Assembly (NCBI GenBank): GCA_964035575.1
Contig: OZ037833.1
Coordinates: 2,604,001-2,668,000 of the forward strand
Length of the DNA: 64,000 nt
Direction: 5' to 3'
Origin: Rhynchopus sp. YZ270_cl-10
Lineage: Eukaryota
Shown piece after piece: positions 46,501 to 58,974 of this stretch. Under the pieces are notes generated by a model, which saw nothing but the letters and a program-made list of their open reading frames with translations, was not told the origin of the DNA and ran no database searches. How positions within the stretch are numbered: position 1 is the first letter of the stretch; the number at the start of each line of letters is the position of its first letter. The translations under genes were made by a program, and so were the position numbers.

Positions 46501-49500
46501 CCATCAACGGTGGGGAGAAGAACGAGACTGTGGTCACGAGTGAGGACAAGAACATTGTGACGCTTGATGTCAGCCTCACGACGAAGCCGAACGCGGACGT
46601 GACGCTCAACAACTTTGTTGTCTCGGACGCTACTGAGGCTGCGATTGTGGACCCGACTACATCAATGACGTTTACTCCGGACAACTGGAACATTCCGCAG
46701 CCGCTTGGCGTGCAGGGGGTTGACGATGACGAGAAGGACCAGGACCAGCAGTACGAGATCACGTACACGGTTGTGACCACTGATGCGAACTACTCTGTTT
46801 GGGGTGCGACGCCGCCGGCTATTCCCGGTGTGAACGACGACAATGACATCCCCGGGGTGGTGGTGGCGCCTCTGTCTGGGCACACTTCAGAAAGTGGTGA
46901 TGTGTTCCACTTCTCGCTGAGGCTGAGGACGCTGCCATCGTCGGATGTGACGCTGCGGTTCGCATCGAGCAACGTGAAGGAGGGCGTGGTGAACGCGTCG
47001 GGTATGGCGCACTTCACGACCACGAACTGGATGGACCTGCAGTACATCGAGGTCACGGGTGTCAACGACGACATCCTCGACGGCGACATCCCGTACGAGA
47101 TCCGCTTCACTAACCCCGACACAAACGACCCCGACTACAAAACAATTGCAGTCCCCCCTATTACCATCATCAACAAGGACAACGAGGTCAGCAAGTGCGC
47201 CGTGTTCGGTGGTGTCTGCACCAACGCAGCCTGCACAGCCTGCTGTGCCTCTGCCTGCGGAGTCTGCGGTGCCCCAGGCTGCAACGGAACCGGTATGTCT
47301 TTTTATTCCCTGTGACTGTCCATACTGCACAGTTCGAACTCAACCCCTACACCCTACACCACCCCAACAGCCAGCCGCGACGAAGCCTGCTGCGACGATG
47401 ACATCAGGATCACAGACAAGCCATGTACCCTTGCGACCCCTGCACCTTGTATTGTTGTGGACCCGCCGAACCCGGTGCCCTGCAAGGAGTACGTCGGCAT
47501 CTGCAAGGACACCACATGCGCGGTGTGTTGCTCTGCTGGGTGTGGTCTCTGTGGCGGGCCGACCTGCTCGGACTCGGGGCACTCCGACAAATGCTGTGAG
47601 CCTGATATCTTCACCTCGAACCAGACCTGTGTAGAGAAAGGATCCGCACCCTGCATCCGTGTGCGCCTCTGCCAGGATATCACCTGTGATGGAGAAACTT
47701 CATGCCGTGCTGCAGGCGTCTGCGACGAGCACACAGGCAAGTGCATCTACACACCGAAGCCCGACGGCGAGATCTGTGAAACCACAAACGTTTGCCAGAA
47801 CGGAGTCTGCGCGAAGACAACCCCCACCTGCGACGGCGTCAAGTGTCCCGGCGTCACCTCCCTCTGTGTCGATGCCGTCTGCGACGCGGGCACAGGCAAA
47901 TGCGCGGAGACAGCAAAGCCTGAAGCCGCAGGTGCCACATGCAATGACAACAACGCTATGACAAACCCGGACACCTGTGTGGCGCAGGCAGCCCCTGCCA
48001 CCGGTGCGACGTGTGTCGGTACCAGCAAGTGCGACGCCCTTGGTGGCGTGTGCTCGACAGGGAACTGCGACGTCTGCTGCGACAAGTCCTGTGGCGATAT
48101 GTGCGGTGGGCCGTCGTGTGTGGGTAACTGCTGTGTCGACCCGATTGTTGATTCGGGAGCCAAGTGTGACGCTGCTGCCAACGTCGTCGCACCGTGCGTG
48201 CGGGTGACGACGGACTGCCTTAAGTACGGAGGAGTGTGCAGCGATGCGCAGTGCACATACTGTTGCCAGGCGTCCTGCGGCGACAAGTGTGGTGCGACCG
48301 ACTGTGCGACTGCCGTGGGGGGCTCTGATGCTTGCTGTCAGGACCCGATCGTTGCGAAGAACAAGGTCTGCTCTGCGTACACGTTCGCGCCCTGCGTGCG
48401 GTACACGAAGTGTGACGAGTTTGGCGGCCTCTGCGCAGACGAAGCGTGCGCTGTGTGCTGCTCCCCCGAGTGCCCCGTCTGCGCCACCACCTCCACAGAG
48501 TGCAGCAAGCTCCCCGCTTTGCTGCAAGCTTCCTGCTGTGCGACCACCATCCCTACCACAGGCGCCATTTGCAACGCGGGCACCCCTGCGCCATGTGTGC
48601 GTCCGATCATCCCAGACAGGTGCACCGCCTTTGGGGGCATTTGCACGGACATCACCTGCACTGCGTGCTGCCCTATGTCATGCGGGGCGACGTGCGGCTC
48701 TGTTGGCTGCACGGGGAACTGCTGCCACGAACCCATCGTGACCACTGGCACCAAATGCTCTGTGTTCCCGACCGTGTCGGCACCCTGCATCGTCGACAAC
48801 GTGTGCGAACCATTTGGCGGTGCCTGCTCGGGCACCACGTGCCAGATGTGCTGTGACCCCAACAAGTGTAGCGCATGTGGTGGTGATGCAGGCTGCAAGC
48901 CGAGCACCCCCGAGTGCTGCGAGAGCCCGTCCACAGGCGTCCTTCACCCGCAGTGTGGGCCTGGCGTTGCAGCCCCGTGCACGAGACGTATGTAACACTT
49001 CCTGCCATCCCACCCCCACCACCAACCTAACCCAACACAGTGGACCCCTGCACGCAGTTCAGCGGTGTGTGCCAGTCACCCGACTGCGTGGTGTGCTGCA
49101 ACAACGGAGACTGCACCCACGGCGACAAGATCTGCACCGACACTCAGGCAGCCCCGTGCATCAGAGGTATGTCCACACCCTCCCTTCCTCCCTTCCTCCC
49201 TTCCTCCCTTCCTCCCTTCCTCCCTTCCTCCCTTCCTCCCATTACTACCACCCTCGTTCAGTGTCGAAATGCGCTGAGTTCGGAGGCATCTGCAAGGACC
49301 CTGAGTGTACGGCGTGCTGCGACGCTTCGTGTGGTGTGTGTGGTGGGCAGAAGTGCCTGGACAGCGCGACCGACGGACAGTGCTGCGACGACGCGATCCG
49401 CAAGGTGAACGCACCGTGCAGCCTCACGAAGGGAGCACCGTGCACGAGAGGTATGCAAACACCGCTAACCCTGTTTTTTCACCTCCCATCTTTTCTGCCT

Positions 49501-51320
49501 GGCGCATATTTGCACTGATGGACTCGCCAAGACTGACCCATACACCAAACCACAACACCCAATCCCGCAGTGACCACATGCAGCCAGTACGGCGGCATCT
49601 GCCAAGACGAGGCCTGCGAGGTCTGCTGCAGCAAGGAGTGCGGCACCTGTGGCGACACCGTCGTCGCCAACCCCCCTGCTGGCGTCGAGTGCCCGACCGT
49701 CACAGACATCCTGAAGAAGCCGTACCCGCACTGCTCCTCGACGACAAATGCACCGTGCATCAGAAGTATGCAACACAGCTACCCCTCCAGAATTTTCTCA
49801 AAAAAACTCGAAACTACAAAAATTCCAACACCACACCACACAACCAACAGACGGTGCGTGCGCACAGTACGGCGGAAAGTGCGAGGACATGGAGTGTCTT
49901 GTCTGCTGCAGCGCTGAGTGCGACCGCTGTGGTGGTGACATCTGCCACTTTGACTCACAGGATAAGTGCTGCCCGACGAGCATCCACAACAAGGGGTCGC
50001 AGTGCACGGGGGAAGTGCATGCGCCTTGTGTCAGAGGTATACCTCACCTCACCTACCCACCACCACCACCACCACCCACCCACTCACCCCACAGTGCACG
50101 AATGCAGCGAGTTCGGCGGCATCTGCAACTCTGCTGAGTGCACACTCTGCTGCGACCAGGGCTGCCAGCAGTGTGGTGGACCTGGTTGCGAGGCAGACCC
50201 GCTGGGTGCGGCTGCGTGCTGCGAGTCGCCTATTCTGGACGGCGGCAACGGTGCGACGTGCGCGACGAAGCAGAAGGCACCGTGTGTGCGCACGCCGTCC
50301 GTCTGCACCGATGGCCTCTGCCCTGATGAGGAGTGCGCCGTCTGTTGCCACGCCGGCTGCGGCACCGCTTGCGGCTCCAAGACCTGCGCAAGCCACCCCC
50401 TCGGTGCCGACGCCTGCTGCGCCACAGACATCTACAAAAAGAACTCCACAAACATCTGCTCCGCCGAGGTCCCTGGACCCTGCGTGCGTGTCAACAGCTG
50501 CACCGAATTCTCTGGCCAATGCGAGGACGCGGAGTGCGCTGTATGCTGCGACCCTGGGTGCAAGGTGTGCGGTGGGGAGGAGTGCTCGAACGACCCTCTT
50601 GGGTCACACAAATGCTGCCCGAAGATTATTGCACAGACGGCGGAGGTGTGCAGCGCGACCGAGAACGCCAAGGTCACTGCTGCGTGCCTGCGTCTTTCTC
50701 GCTGCGTCGAATTCGGTGGTCTCTGCAGCGACTCCACTTGCACAGTCTGCTGCAACCGTGAGTGCGGCAAATGCGTCAACGGACACGAATGCGAACTGGG
50801 CCACCCTGAGTGTTGCGTTGACACCATCATTGCGGCAGATCAGGGTTGCGGTGAGGGCATTGTCTCCCCCTGCAAGCTTGCACCTCTGTCCGAACAGGGC
50901 GCACCCCCCTCTACAGGAAGCGACGACGACGACGACTCCTTCCCCTGGTGGCTGCTGATCCTCTTCATCCTTCTGCTGCTGTCGTGCCTTGCCCTTCTCG
51001 CCTTCCTTCTGATGCGCAACAAAAACAAAAAGCAGGGCGACGAAGAACGTAACCAAACCGCCTTCGGCCTCGAGGACAAAGCAGAGGAGATGGGCCAAAC
51101 CCTCCTCACAGTGGAGCACGACGACGAAAGCAAGCAACAAGACTCAAAAGGCAGCGAAGGTATCGAGGCCTCCCGTGAAAACAGCATGAACTCCCGCGCA
51201 CCAAAGAGCCCCGCAAACCTTTCCCCCCCACTCCGGGGGCCAAAAGCACGCAAGCTCTCATCCGCAAAAAAAAATGGGGGTAGTTCAGAGGTAAACGGCG
51301 ACGCAGATGATCTGATCTGA
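43509..51320 (+). CDS. ~2440-aa type I membrane protein: Calx-beta-like Ig repeats + Cys-rich repeats + TM + short tail; 7 exons
   Basis: Exons 43509-47292, 47371-48987, 49041-49166, 49262-49450, 49571-49765, 49851-50036, 50095-51320. All introns are GTAT...CAG and phase 1, and the joined frame is open. Repeats LTFTPxNWNxPQxxxVxGVDDxxxDGD, then C..FGG.C....C..CC...CG.CGG..C..CC..APC.R. TM FPWWLLILFILLLLSCLALLAFLLM. Confidence 0.88.
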
Positions 51321-53173
51321 TTTGTAAAATAAACTAAAAAACCTTGCTGAAAATTTTGTTTGTGTGTTTTGAGGTACCAAAAAAAACTCTCAAAATAACG
51401 AAAATATGCAAACAAAAGTACAGCGCCGCCTCGACCACACAGCTTCCCAGCCGCAATAAAATGGTGAAGAGCACCTATGAGTGTCCACACTAAGATTTCA
51501 AAAAATAAGAAAAAAAAAAAAAATGAAAACAAGCAAATTATAGCGCCTATTTGTTCAATTTTCAAATATGCCATCTCAAAATGCAGTGGTTTTTCTGTAC
51601 TCTCAAATCTTTTTTTTTTCTCTTATTTTTACAGTTTCTTTGTCTCTTTTTTTATTCTTTGTTGTGTTGCAAATTTTTCTTTTCTTTGGGGTTTTTTTTT
51701 TGGTCTTTTTTCTTGCGGGTTTACCATTTTTATTTTCAAGGTGACTGAGCACAGAGAGGCTTAGGTTCATCTTACAAACTTTTCTCTCTTTTTTTCCCCC
51801 CTTTTTTTTTTTTTTTCATCTTTTCATCGAAGCTTAGGTTCATCTTACCAAACCTTCTTATTCTTCTTCTGTGCACACATCCCGTTGAGATGTCTCGCAC
51901 ACAAAAAAAAAAAGTGCAGCTCATCCTCGGGTGTCTACACTAATACCAAGTTTTCAAAAAAAATACACTCTGCCTTATTGAGTGTTTCGTTTCAACGTAA
52001 TTAGTACTCTTATCGCCTTCCCTGGTACCCTTTTTTTTTTCTTGTCTCTCTTATACCACCAAGAAGGGCTACCCTTTCTGGGTATCCCTTCCCCCCCCGC
52101 ACATACCCACACAAAAAAAAATATTCACTTTAGATTTATCCCCTTTTGCTCTGATGGGGCTTTTTTTTTCAAGTTTGGGTACATTTAGTGTACCCTATTA
52201 TACCTTCTATTCAGTAGAATAGTAAATGAAACAAGTTTTTGGTTTCCCCACTGGGTTCCCCGTATTGTGCGTATAGTTCTGTCTTTTGAAGATAATTGGA
52301 AGAAATTAGGCATAGGGGGGGAAAGGGGGGAGCAACCAAAAATAAAATGATAGTGAAAAAGACTGTCTGAATGGCTACGAATAACCCAACAGATTCTCAA
52401 GAATAAAAAAATAAAATTATTAGCCTTCGGGCGACCTTTGTTGTACAGAACCCCGTCCTTGGATAGGTTATTGTCGAAACTCTAAAAACATCAACCGCAC
52501 TACAGCACTTTCCCTCCCATTTAAACTAGACCACTTTTTTTTACCTTGAAGGTCTGTTTCAAAAGAAGTAGTGGAAGTTCATCCTCGGGTGGTCTTGCAC
52601 TGCTACGTATTTCAATAAGTTTTCAACAAAAAACAAAACAAAACAAAACAAAACAGCGACCGAGAGGCTCCGCCAGGTCCTGGTCAAAGCATTTCCACCT
52701 TTCTGAGATCCCTCCACCGACACTTACCCCCCACCCTGTTCTTTTTTGCATTCATTGGAAAAACACGAAAACAAAGCTCAACACAGAGAGAGGAAAAAAA
52801 ACTATAAAACGAAAGCGAAAGCCTGTTTGTTCAGGCTACGCTACACCCACATTATTTAAAAATGATGATGAAGACCTGAATTGGGCAAAAAAAAACCCTA
52901 GATTATCAAAGAACAAAAAGCACAACAAAACCATTTTGGTAACCCCCCCAAATGTGGGGCAGGGGTGTGTGTCATGATAGTCGAACGCATTTTTTTTTTT
53001 GAACCCTTTTTTTTTTTTTTCAGAATGCAAAATAAAGTATCACAGCAACTTTCTTAGGGGTACAAAAAACAAATAAAAAAACCAATACTCCTCTGGTGTT
53101 TGCGTGTGTGTGTTTTCCTTTTGAACGCTGCTCCAGTTTTGTTCCCCCCTCCCACCCCCCCTCAATACCTAAA

Positions 53174-53326
53174 CACGGCGGACTAGTCAGAGAAGACTAC
53201 TAGTAGTGCTAGTGGTCCAAATGACTAGTGTTTTACAACTAGTGTTACACCAGTAACACTACCAGTGTAGCACTAGTTGTTGCGACTAGTAGTTCCACTA
53301 GTAGTCCCCCTGACTAGTCCGCCGTG
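53174..53326. mobile_element. MITE with CACGG...CCGTG termini and 2-bp TSD AA (CACTA/Mirage-like)
   Basis: CACGGCGGACTAGTCAG / CTGACTAGTCCGCCGTG; ACTAGT-rich interior. Related copy at 58822. Confidence 0.8.
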
Positions 53327-56253
53327 AACATGAGATGTATAGGATCATGTCGCCACCTTTCTTTTTTTTCCCTCTATTTATTCATTTAGAGGCCTTTCTA
53401 TGTCAACAAACTGTATTTTTTCTCTAAGGTGGACTTTTGGCTCGAAGCCTAGATTCATCTTACAATGTCGTTATTTTTTTTTTTTTTTCTCTCCTTTTTT
53501 TGGCGAGATTTATTTTTTTTAGAAGCGTTGCCGTTACCCACCGTGGCTGTCTGAATCACTGCGTTGCATTGTCTAAGCAGACGGGGGGGGTTTGCCAAAA
53601 AGCGAGAGAAAGGAAAAGAGAGAGAGAGAGAGAGTTGGCAAACCAAACCCACCCAGTGGCCACAGAAAGAAAATCCCTTGTTAAAGACTTACCTTCCTCC
53701 CCCTTATGTAGTACCCTATCCCCCCCCTCTCCTCCCATCCTGTTTCACATTTTTTTTGGAGGGCAATATTTAAAAAAAAACAGCAATAACTTGCCGTTAA
53801 AATTATATCCCCACAGTTTTAACGCAGTGAGTTAATTCTAGGATATAATTTCAACACGAATTAGTAGTTTTTCATTGACGTTGCAATTATTGATGACTCA
53901 CAAAATCCTGTTATAAGCGTGCAATGTGTAACCGCAATAAGACCCCTCCCTAAAGCGATGGTGGTAGGTGAAGGGGAGGGAGAAGGTGTGAGGAGGGGGG
54001 CTTGGTCGAAGTACCCGAGTAGTGCAGATACATAAAAGACGCGTTCCTCCATCCAGATAATCGCTCCTTTTTTTTGTGCACCATTTCCTCATATTTTGGT
54101 TGCATTGTGTATCATTGAACGACCACATTTTGAGTGCATTTGTACCAGGATGTATAGTTGTACATAATACCCTGGCCGTTAAATTGCACGTCCTGTTAAT
54201 AGGGTTTTGTGAAGAGTCATTAATTACACGTCAATAAAGTATGTTTGTATCGCACATTGTGGAGAACTGCGCAAAGTCTAAACTGCAGCAACGTATCTAG
54301 CTCTACGACGAATTTATGGTTTTTTTGTTTGTCTGAAATGGCAAAAAAAAAGCTACCAACAGATTATTAAACCCACAACAGTGGAGAATTGCACCCAACT
54401 GTGGCAACACTACCGAGGCAACTACACTACTCCAACAATTTATCAAAAAAAAAACTGAAAAAAAGAATGCATGCGAACATAGTCTCCGACAGATGATTGT
54501 CAAAACAACGGTAACGATAAAACGGTGATAGGGGTTGTGTGGAGGTAAGGTGGCGGCCACGTACTTACCCTCTATGGGGTGTCTGGCCGTTGTCACCTTA
54601 TCCAAAGCAAAGAAAAAAAGGACCCTTGAAGGAAGGTGTGTGGGAAAAAGGTGCATCACCCCCAGGTTCCATTTGCAGATCTGAATTTGTTCTCGATGGA
54701 GGTATTCTTCAGACGGGGGCGCGATGCCAGGGCTTTTTCTGGGGGGAGGGGCAAAAATTGGTGATTTTTTTGATATTTGGGGATAAGTTTTATGGAGTGA
54801 CACACGGTATTGCCCATCGTCTGTCAGGACAATATTCTGAACAATGAGCGCGCGTCGAGGGTTTTCGATTTATCCGCTCCGCTTTGTGTGTAGGGACGGG
54901 TTGTGTGGACTCTCTCCTGTCTGCAAGCGTCCCCCCTGGTCCTTCAGAATAACTTTTTTTTTGTGTGATTTTTTTTTTTTTTTACAGAATAGCAGGGCGT
55001 TCGCTATCGCCATCGTTTTTTCCTGATCGTGGCGAAATGCCAAAAAACCCGAAATTTTTGCTTTTTTACTAGTGCTTAAAATAGGTCAAAAAAAATTTTC
55101 CCGCCGGAGAGAAGCTAGTTCGTGGGGGTGAATCCCCGGTACTGAGTGGTCGAAAAAAAATTGCGATTTGCGCGTGATCCCTTCCCCAGCACTAAAACCA
55201 GCGAAACGATGGAGAATTTCATCAATCCCCCCCTCACTGAGGGTCTCTTTGTGCTGTTTAATCAAACAGATGTACAAGAGAGAGGCATCTGTCATATGAG
55301 ACTTCATCCTTAGTTTGATTATTTTCAATCAACTAAAACGTCTCTCTGCCGTTGAAGGTAGAGTTGACACGAGTAGTGACACCTTCTATAACAGGGGGTA
55401 CGGGACACCTTCAGCAGACTGCAGGATTGAGGAGCGAGCGGGAGTGCTGGGGAAACTTACTTTCACGGCAGGCGGGTTTGCGGATGATTTTGAGTACAGT
55501 GGACACCCCCTCTGCGACCCCCCCTCCGGGGGGGTCGACAGGTTGGGGGGGAGAAATCTCTCTCTCATTTTTTTTTTCCCCCCTTTTTTTTTTTATTTAT
55601 TTATTTATTTATACAGGGTTTCGCCCCGGTGGGGCGAAGCCCTGGGGCGAAATAAAATGTCATTTTTTCAGGAAAAGATTTTTTTAACGAAAAAAAATAT
55701 TTTTCGCCCCGGGGCGAACGCCCTGCAGAATAGGTCTGCTTTAGAAGTCAATTTCAGTATTGAATTCAGCGACAGAAAGTAGTTGTTTTTTTTTGGCCTT
55801 CGGGCGATTCTTTGTGTAGAATCCGTCATTTTGGACAGGCGATTGTCGATACTACAAAAGAACAGTGAAGGGGTCAAAATTGATATTGTTTCAATTCTCT
55901 TATTTTTCAAGTTTCAACTCAGTTTTTGCAGTACAATATAAAAAAAAACAAAAAACAAAGTGCCAGAGTTATCTCCCCCCCAAAACAAGGGTATATGGTA
56001 CACTTTCACAGAGGTGTTTTTTTTTTTAAATGCCTTTTAGACAGGGCCTTAGGGTGGTCAGGGGGGTAGCCGCCAACTGCTGGTCCAAACCCGGTTTGCT
56101 GGTCAATGCAAAAAACAGGTGAAAAGCACACAGTGGTAAAAAAAGACTCCCTGCCACTGCAGGGAGGTGACGCGCTTTCTCCCCTCTGATGCACAAAATC
56201 GTGAAAGGCGGGTGGGGAGGGTGAACCACAAGCCGTAGTGGGTGTCAGCCTTC

Positions 56254-56502
56254 TTATCAGTAACCTCAGTACATCTATAAAAGAAGCGGCAGTCATGGCA
56301 CCCAAAGGTTCCAGGCGAAGCCACGGTACGCAACATTTCAAAAAAATTCCCTTAAAATGGCACATTTTAACTGTCAAACTATGTCATAGGAAGGTGGGCT
56401 GGCAAGATTGCGCCGCAGGCGCACGGTACGCTACTTTTTTTTATTTCGCCATGCTGCATGCTTCCTTTTCCTTCGGCGTTTGACCAATTGAGTCGCGTTC
56501 TG
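56254..56502 (+). repeat. Dispersed repeat R, uninterrupted copy
   Basis: Collinear with 30269-30282 plus 30775-31010. Confidence 0.85.
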
Positions 56503-57576
56503 GTCTCCCACGGTGTACCCTTGAGCCCCCAGGGTCTCTGCATCTGTGACACACCCGACTGTTCTGGTGGGATTCTCAAAAAAAAAATCTATTGTTATTA
56601 TTTTTTTTTAGACCCGGACCAGCAATACCTAGGGTTGCTGGTCCGCTGACCAGCAAAAAGTACCACCCTAAGGGCCTGCTTTTAGAGTTTGTGATTGCTG
56701 TTATTATTTTTGTTGTAGATCCCTAAGTAAACAAAAAGGGAGGTGTATTTTCAATAATTCAAAAAAAACAAAAAAAAGGGGGGCGGAGTTTTGCACCTCA
56801 TAGTAGTAAGAGGGGAATTTCATCTTTCTGCCCTTTCAATTTACATGATGTGTATACTTCTGTCTGTCGAGCTGGCCACAGTCACTTGGTTCCCCTCATC
56901 CTCTTTACAAAATTATTATTATTATTTTTTCTCTTTTTTTGTTACCGGTAATGTTATTTTCATCGCCCTTTTTTATTGTTATTCCTCTCCAAAAACCAAT
57001 ATTTATGTCATCGGTTGTTCTTCACAAAATGTTTGTGATCACTCATATTCCATTTTTCTCGTTTCTCTTTTCAAATTTATTTCTTCCACTCCCTCTTTTT
57101 TTTTCTTTGTATAAAAAAACTTGACCTATGTTGCTGCGCTCAACCAAACCTTTTTTTTCATAGAGGTTCACTTCTAGGTTTACTGCAAGAAAAAAAACAA
57201 ACAAAAAACTATACACAGTTATTCCCATAGTGTAGAACACCCCCCTCGGATGTCTGCACTAAATGCAACGATTTCAAAAAAAAGGAAATCAGTTATTCCC
57301 TCCCAAATGTACCCTGACCTCTGGTTCCCTGGCGATCAAGATGCCCTCAAGGAAAAGGCAGTCAATTCACCCTATCTTGGGGAGCATCTTTTTGTCGTGC
57401 ATGCCAGAGTGTTTCCCCACACAACTTCTATATTTAAAAAACACACACGCATTTAGAGGGTGTGGTTACTTTGCCGCCTCTCCTCTCATTTGTCGTTATT
57501 ATTTTAGGTGTATGTGCACGAGAGGCACATCTACATCTTCCAGGTAGTATTTTATTATTTTGAAAAAAAGAAGAAA

Positions 57577-57935
57577 GGGAAGGCTCGTTTTTCCTTTTAA
57601 TGTTACAAAGTAACAATAAACCATTTTTCCCGGTGACCCCCCCCTCCCCACCCCCTATGTTACACGGAAAAACCGTTTTTCCGAATTGTCATTTATTGTA
57701 ACAACAAGGCGCAGTGGACGTGCACATCCGAAAACACCCGCATTTGCATTTCCGAAATCCGTCCGCACTGTGGTGGGGTCAATCTGCCGAAATGGACAAG
57801 TTCTTGTTGTTGGAAAAAGCCACTTTTTCCCGCCATTGTTACAAAAAAAAAAGTTTTTTTCCCGGATTTCGGTCGGACCCCCTCCCCCCCCTTTATTGTT
57901 ACTTTGTAACATTAAATGGAAAAACGAGCCTTCCC
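57577..57935. mobile_element. PIF/Harbinger-like MITE (GGG..CCC TIRs of ~44 bp, 3-bp TSD AAA)
   Basis: GGGAAGGCTCGTTTTTCC..TAATGTTACAAAGTAACAATAAA and its inverse ending at 57935. Interior 57737-57809 is an inverted homolog of ~30585-30652. Confidence 0.8.
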
Positions 57936-58129
57936 AAAGCAAAAAAAAAAGCAAAGGCTGTTTTCAGAAAAGATGCCCTTTGAGTTTCCCCCCTTCCATA
58001 CCCCAGTGAAAACCAGTCTTTTTTTAAAAAAAACAGTAGTGCGTTCATCTCTCCCCCAAGGTGTGAAGCACTAATAACCAGTTTTCAACAACAAAGGGGA
58101 AAAAAAAAAAATGAAGGAGTAATCCAAAA

Positions 58130-58192
58130 CACGGATGCTGCCAGATCTGGCCAGATTTGGGGGCCAATTTTCCAGATCTGGCAGCATCCGTG
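58130..58192. mobile_element. 63-bp palindromic mini-element with 6-bp TSD CCAAAA
   Basis: CACGGATGCTGCCAGATCTGG / CCAGATCTGGCAGCATCCGTG. CCAAAA at 58124-29 and 58193-98. Confidence 0.75.
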
Positions 58193-58821
58193 CCAAAAGG
58201 TTGCTCTTTTTTTTTCTTTTTTTTTGTTTCCAGGTGACTGAAGCACAGAGAAGGGAGGTGCTTCGGTTCATCTTACAAAAAACTTTGTTTTTTTTCCCCC
58301 CAGCGGAGTGTCAGTACCTTGCGTCCTAGAGGCGTTTTGCACTATCAACTTCACTTTTTCTTTTTTTTCTTTTTCTTCTTTTTCCCCACAGAATAGAACA
58401 GCAATGATACATACAACCTCTCAATACCCATGAACAGTACCCAATGGACAGTACCAAGAGAAAAGAAGAAGAAGAAAAAAGTGTATAGTGGAGCACTCCT
58501 CTAGGGTGGCTACACTAATACAACCAAGTTTTTTTTAAAAAAAATGAAGTTAAAAAAAAAAAACAACAGAATCGAACTGCGTGGTTAGCAGGCAACATTT
58601 CTTCATCGTATTCCTCTCTTAATCTCTTTCTATTTTATTTTATTTTTTGTTCTTCTTTGAAAACGGGGGAGGATTTTATACAAAACGGGAAAAAAAAGTA
58701 CACATATTTGGGTAATGTTCGGCTCAGAACTGCTCATGCTTTCAACACACAGATCAACCGAAAGAGAGTGAAAAAAAAAACACACACGGACCTACCTTTT
58801 TTTGCGATTGTCGATACACCA

Positions 58822-58974
58822 CACGGCAGACTATGTCAGGGGAGGGACTACTATGTCGTAACGACCAGCTAAACCTGCTGAGCTAGTAGTGCCACTGTAC
58901 TGGTGCGTAAAAAAAAAAAACAGTAGTCATTTGGACTGATAGCGCTACTACCGTCCCCTGATTAGTTTGCCGTG
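58822..58974. mobile_element. MITE with CACGG...CCGTG termini and 2-bp TSD CA
   Basis: CACGGCAGACTA..TCAGGGGA / TCCCCTGATTAGTTTGCCGTG. Same length (153 bp) as the 53174 element. Confidence 0.75.

Noticed and set aside
55614..55725. CAGGG...CCCTG inverted repeat suggestive of a hAT MITE
   Set aside because: No 8-bp TSD visible and the TIR is imperfect; left unannotated.
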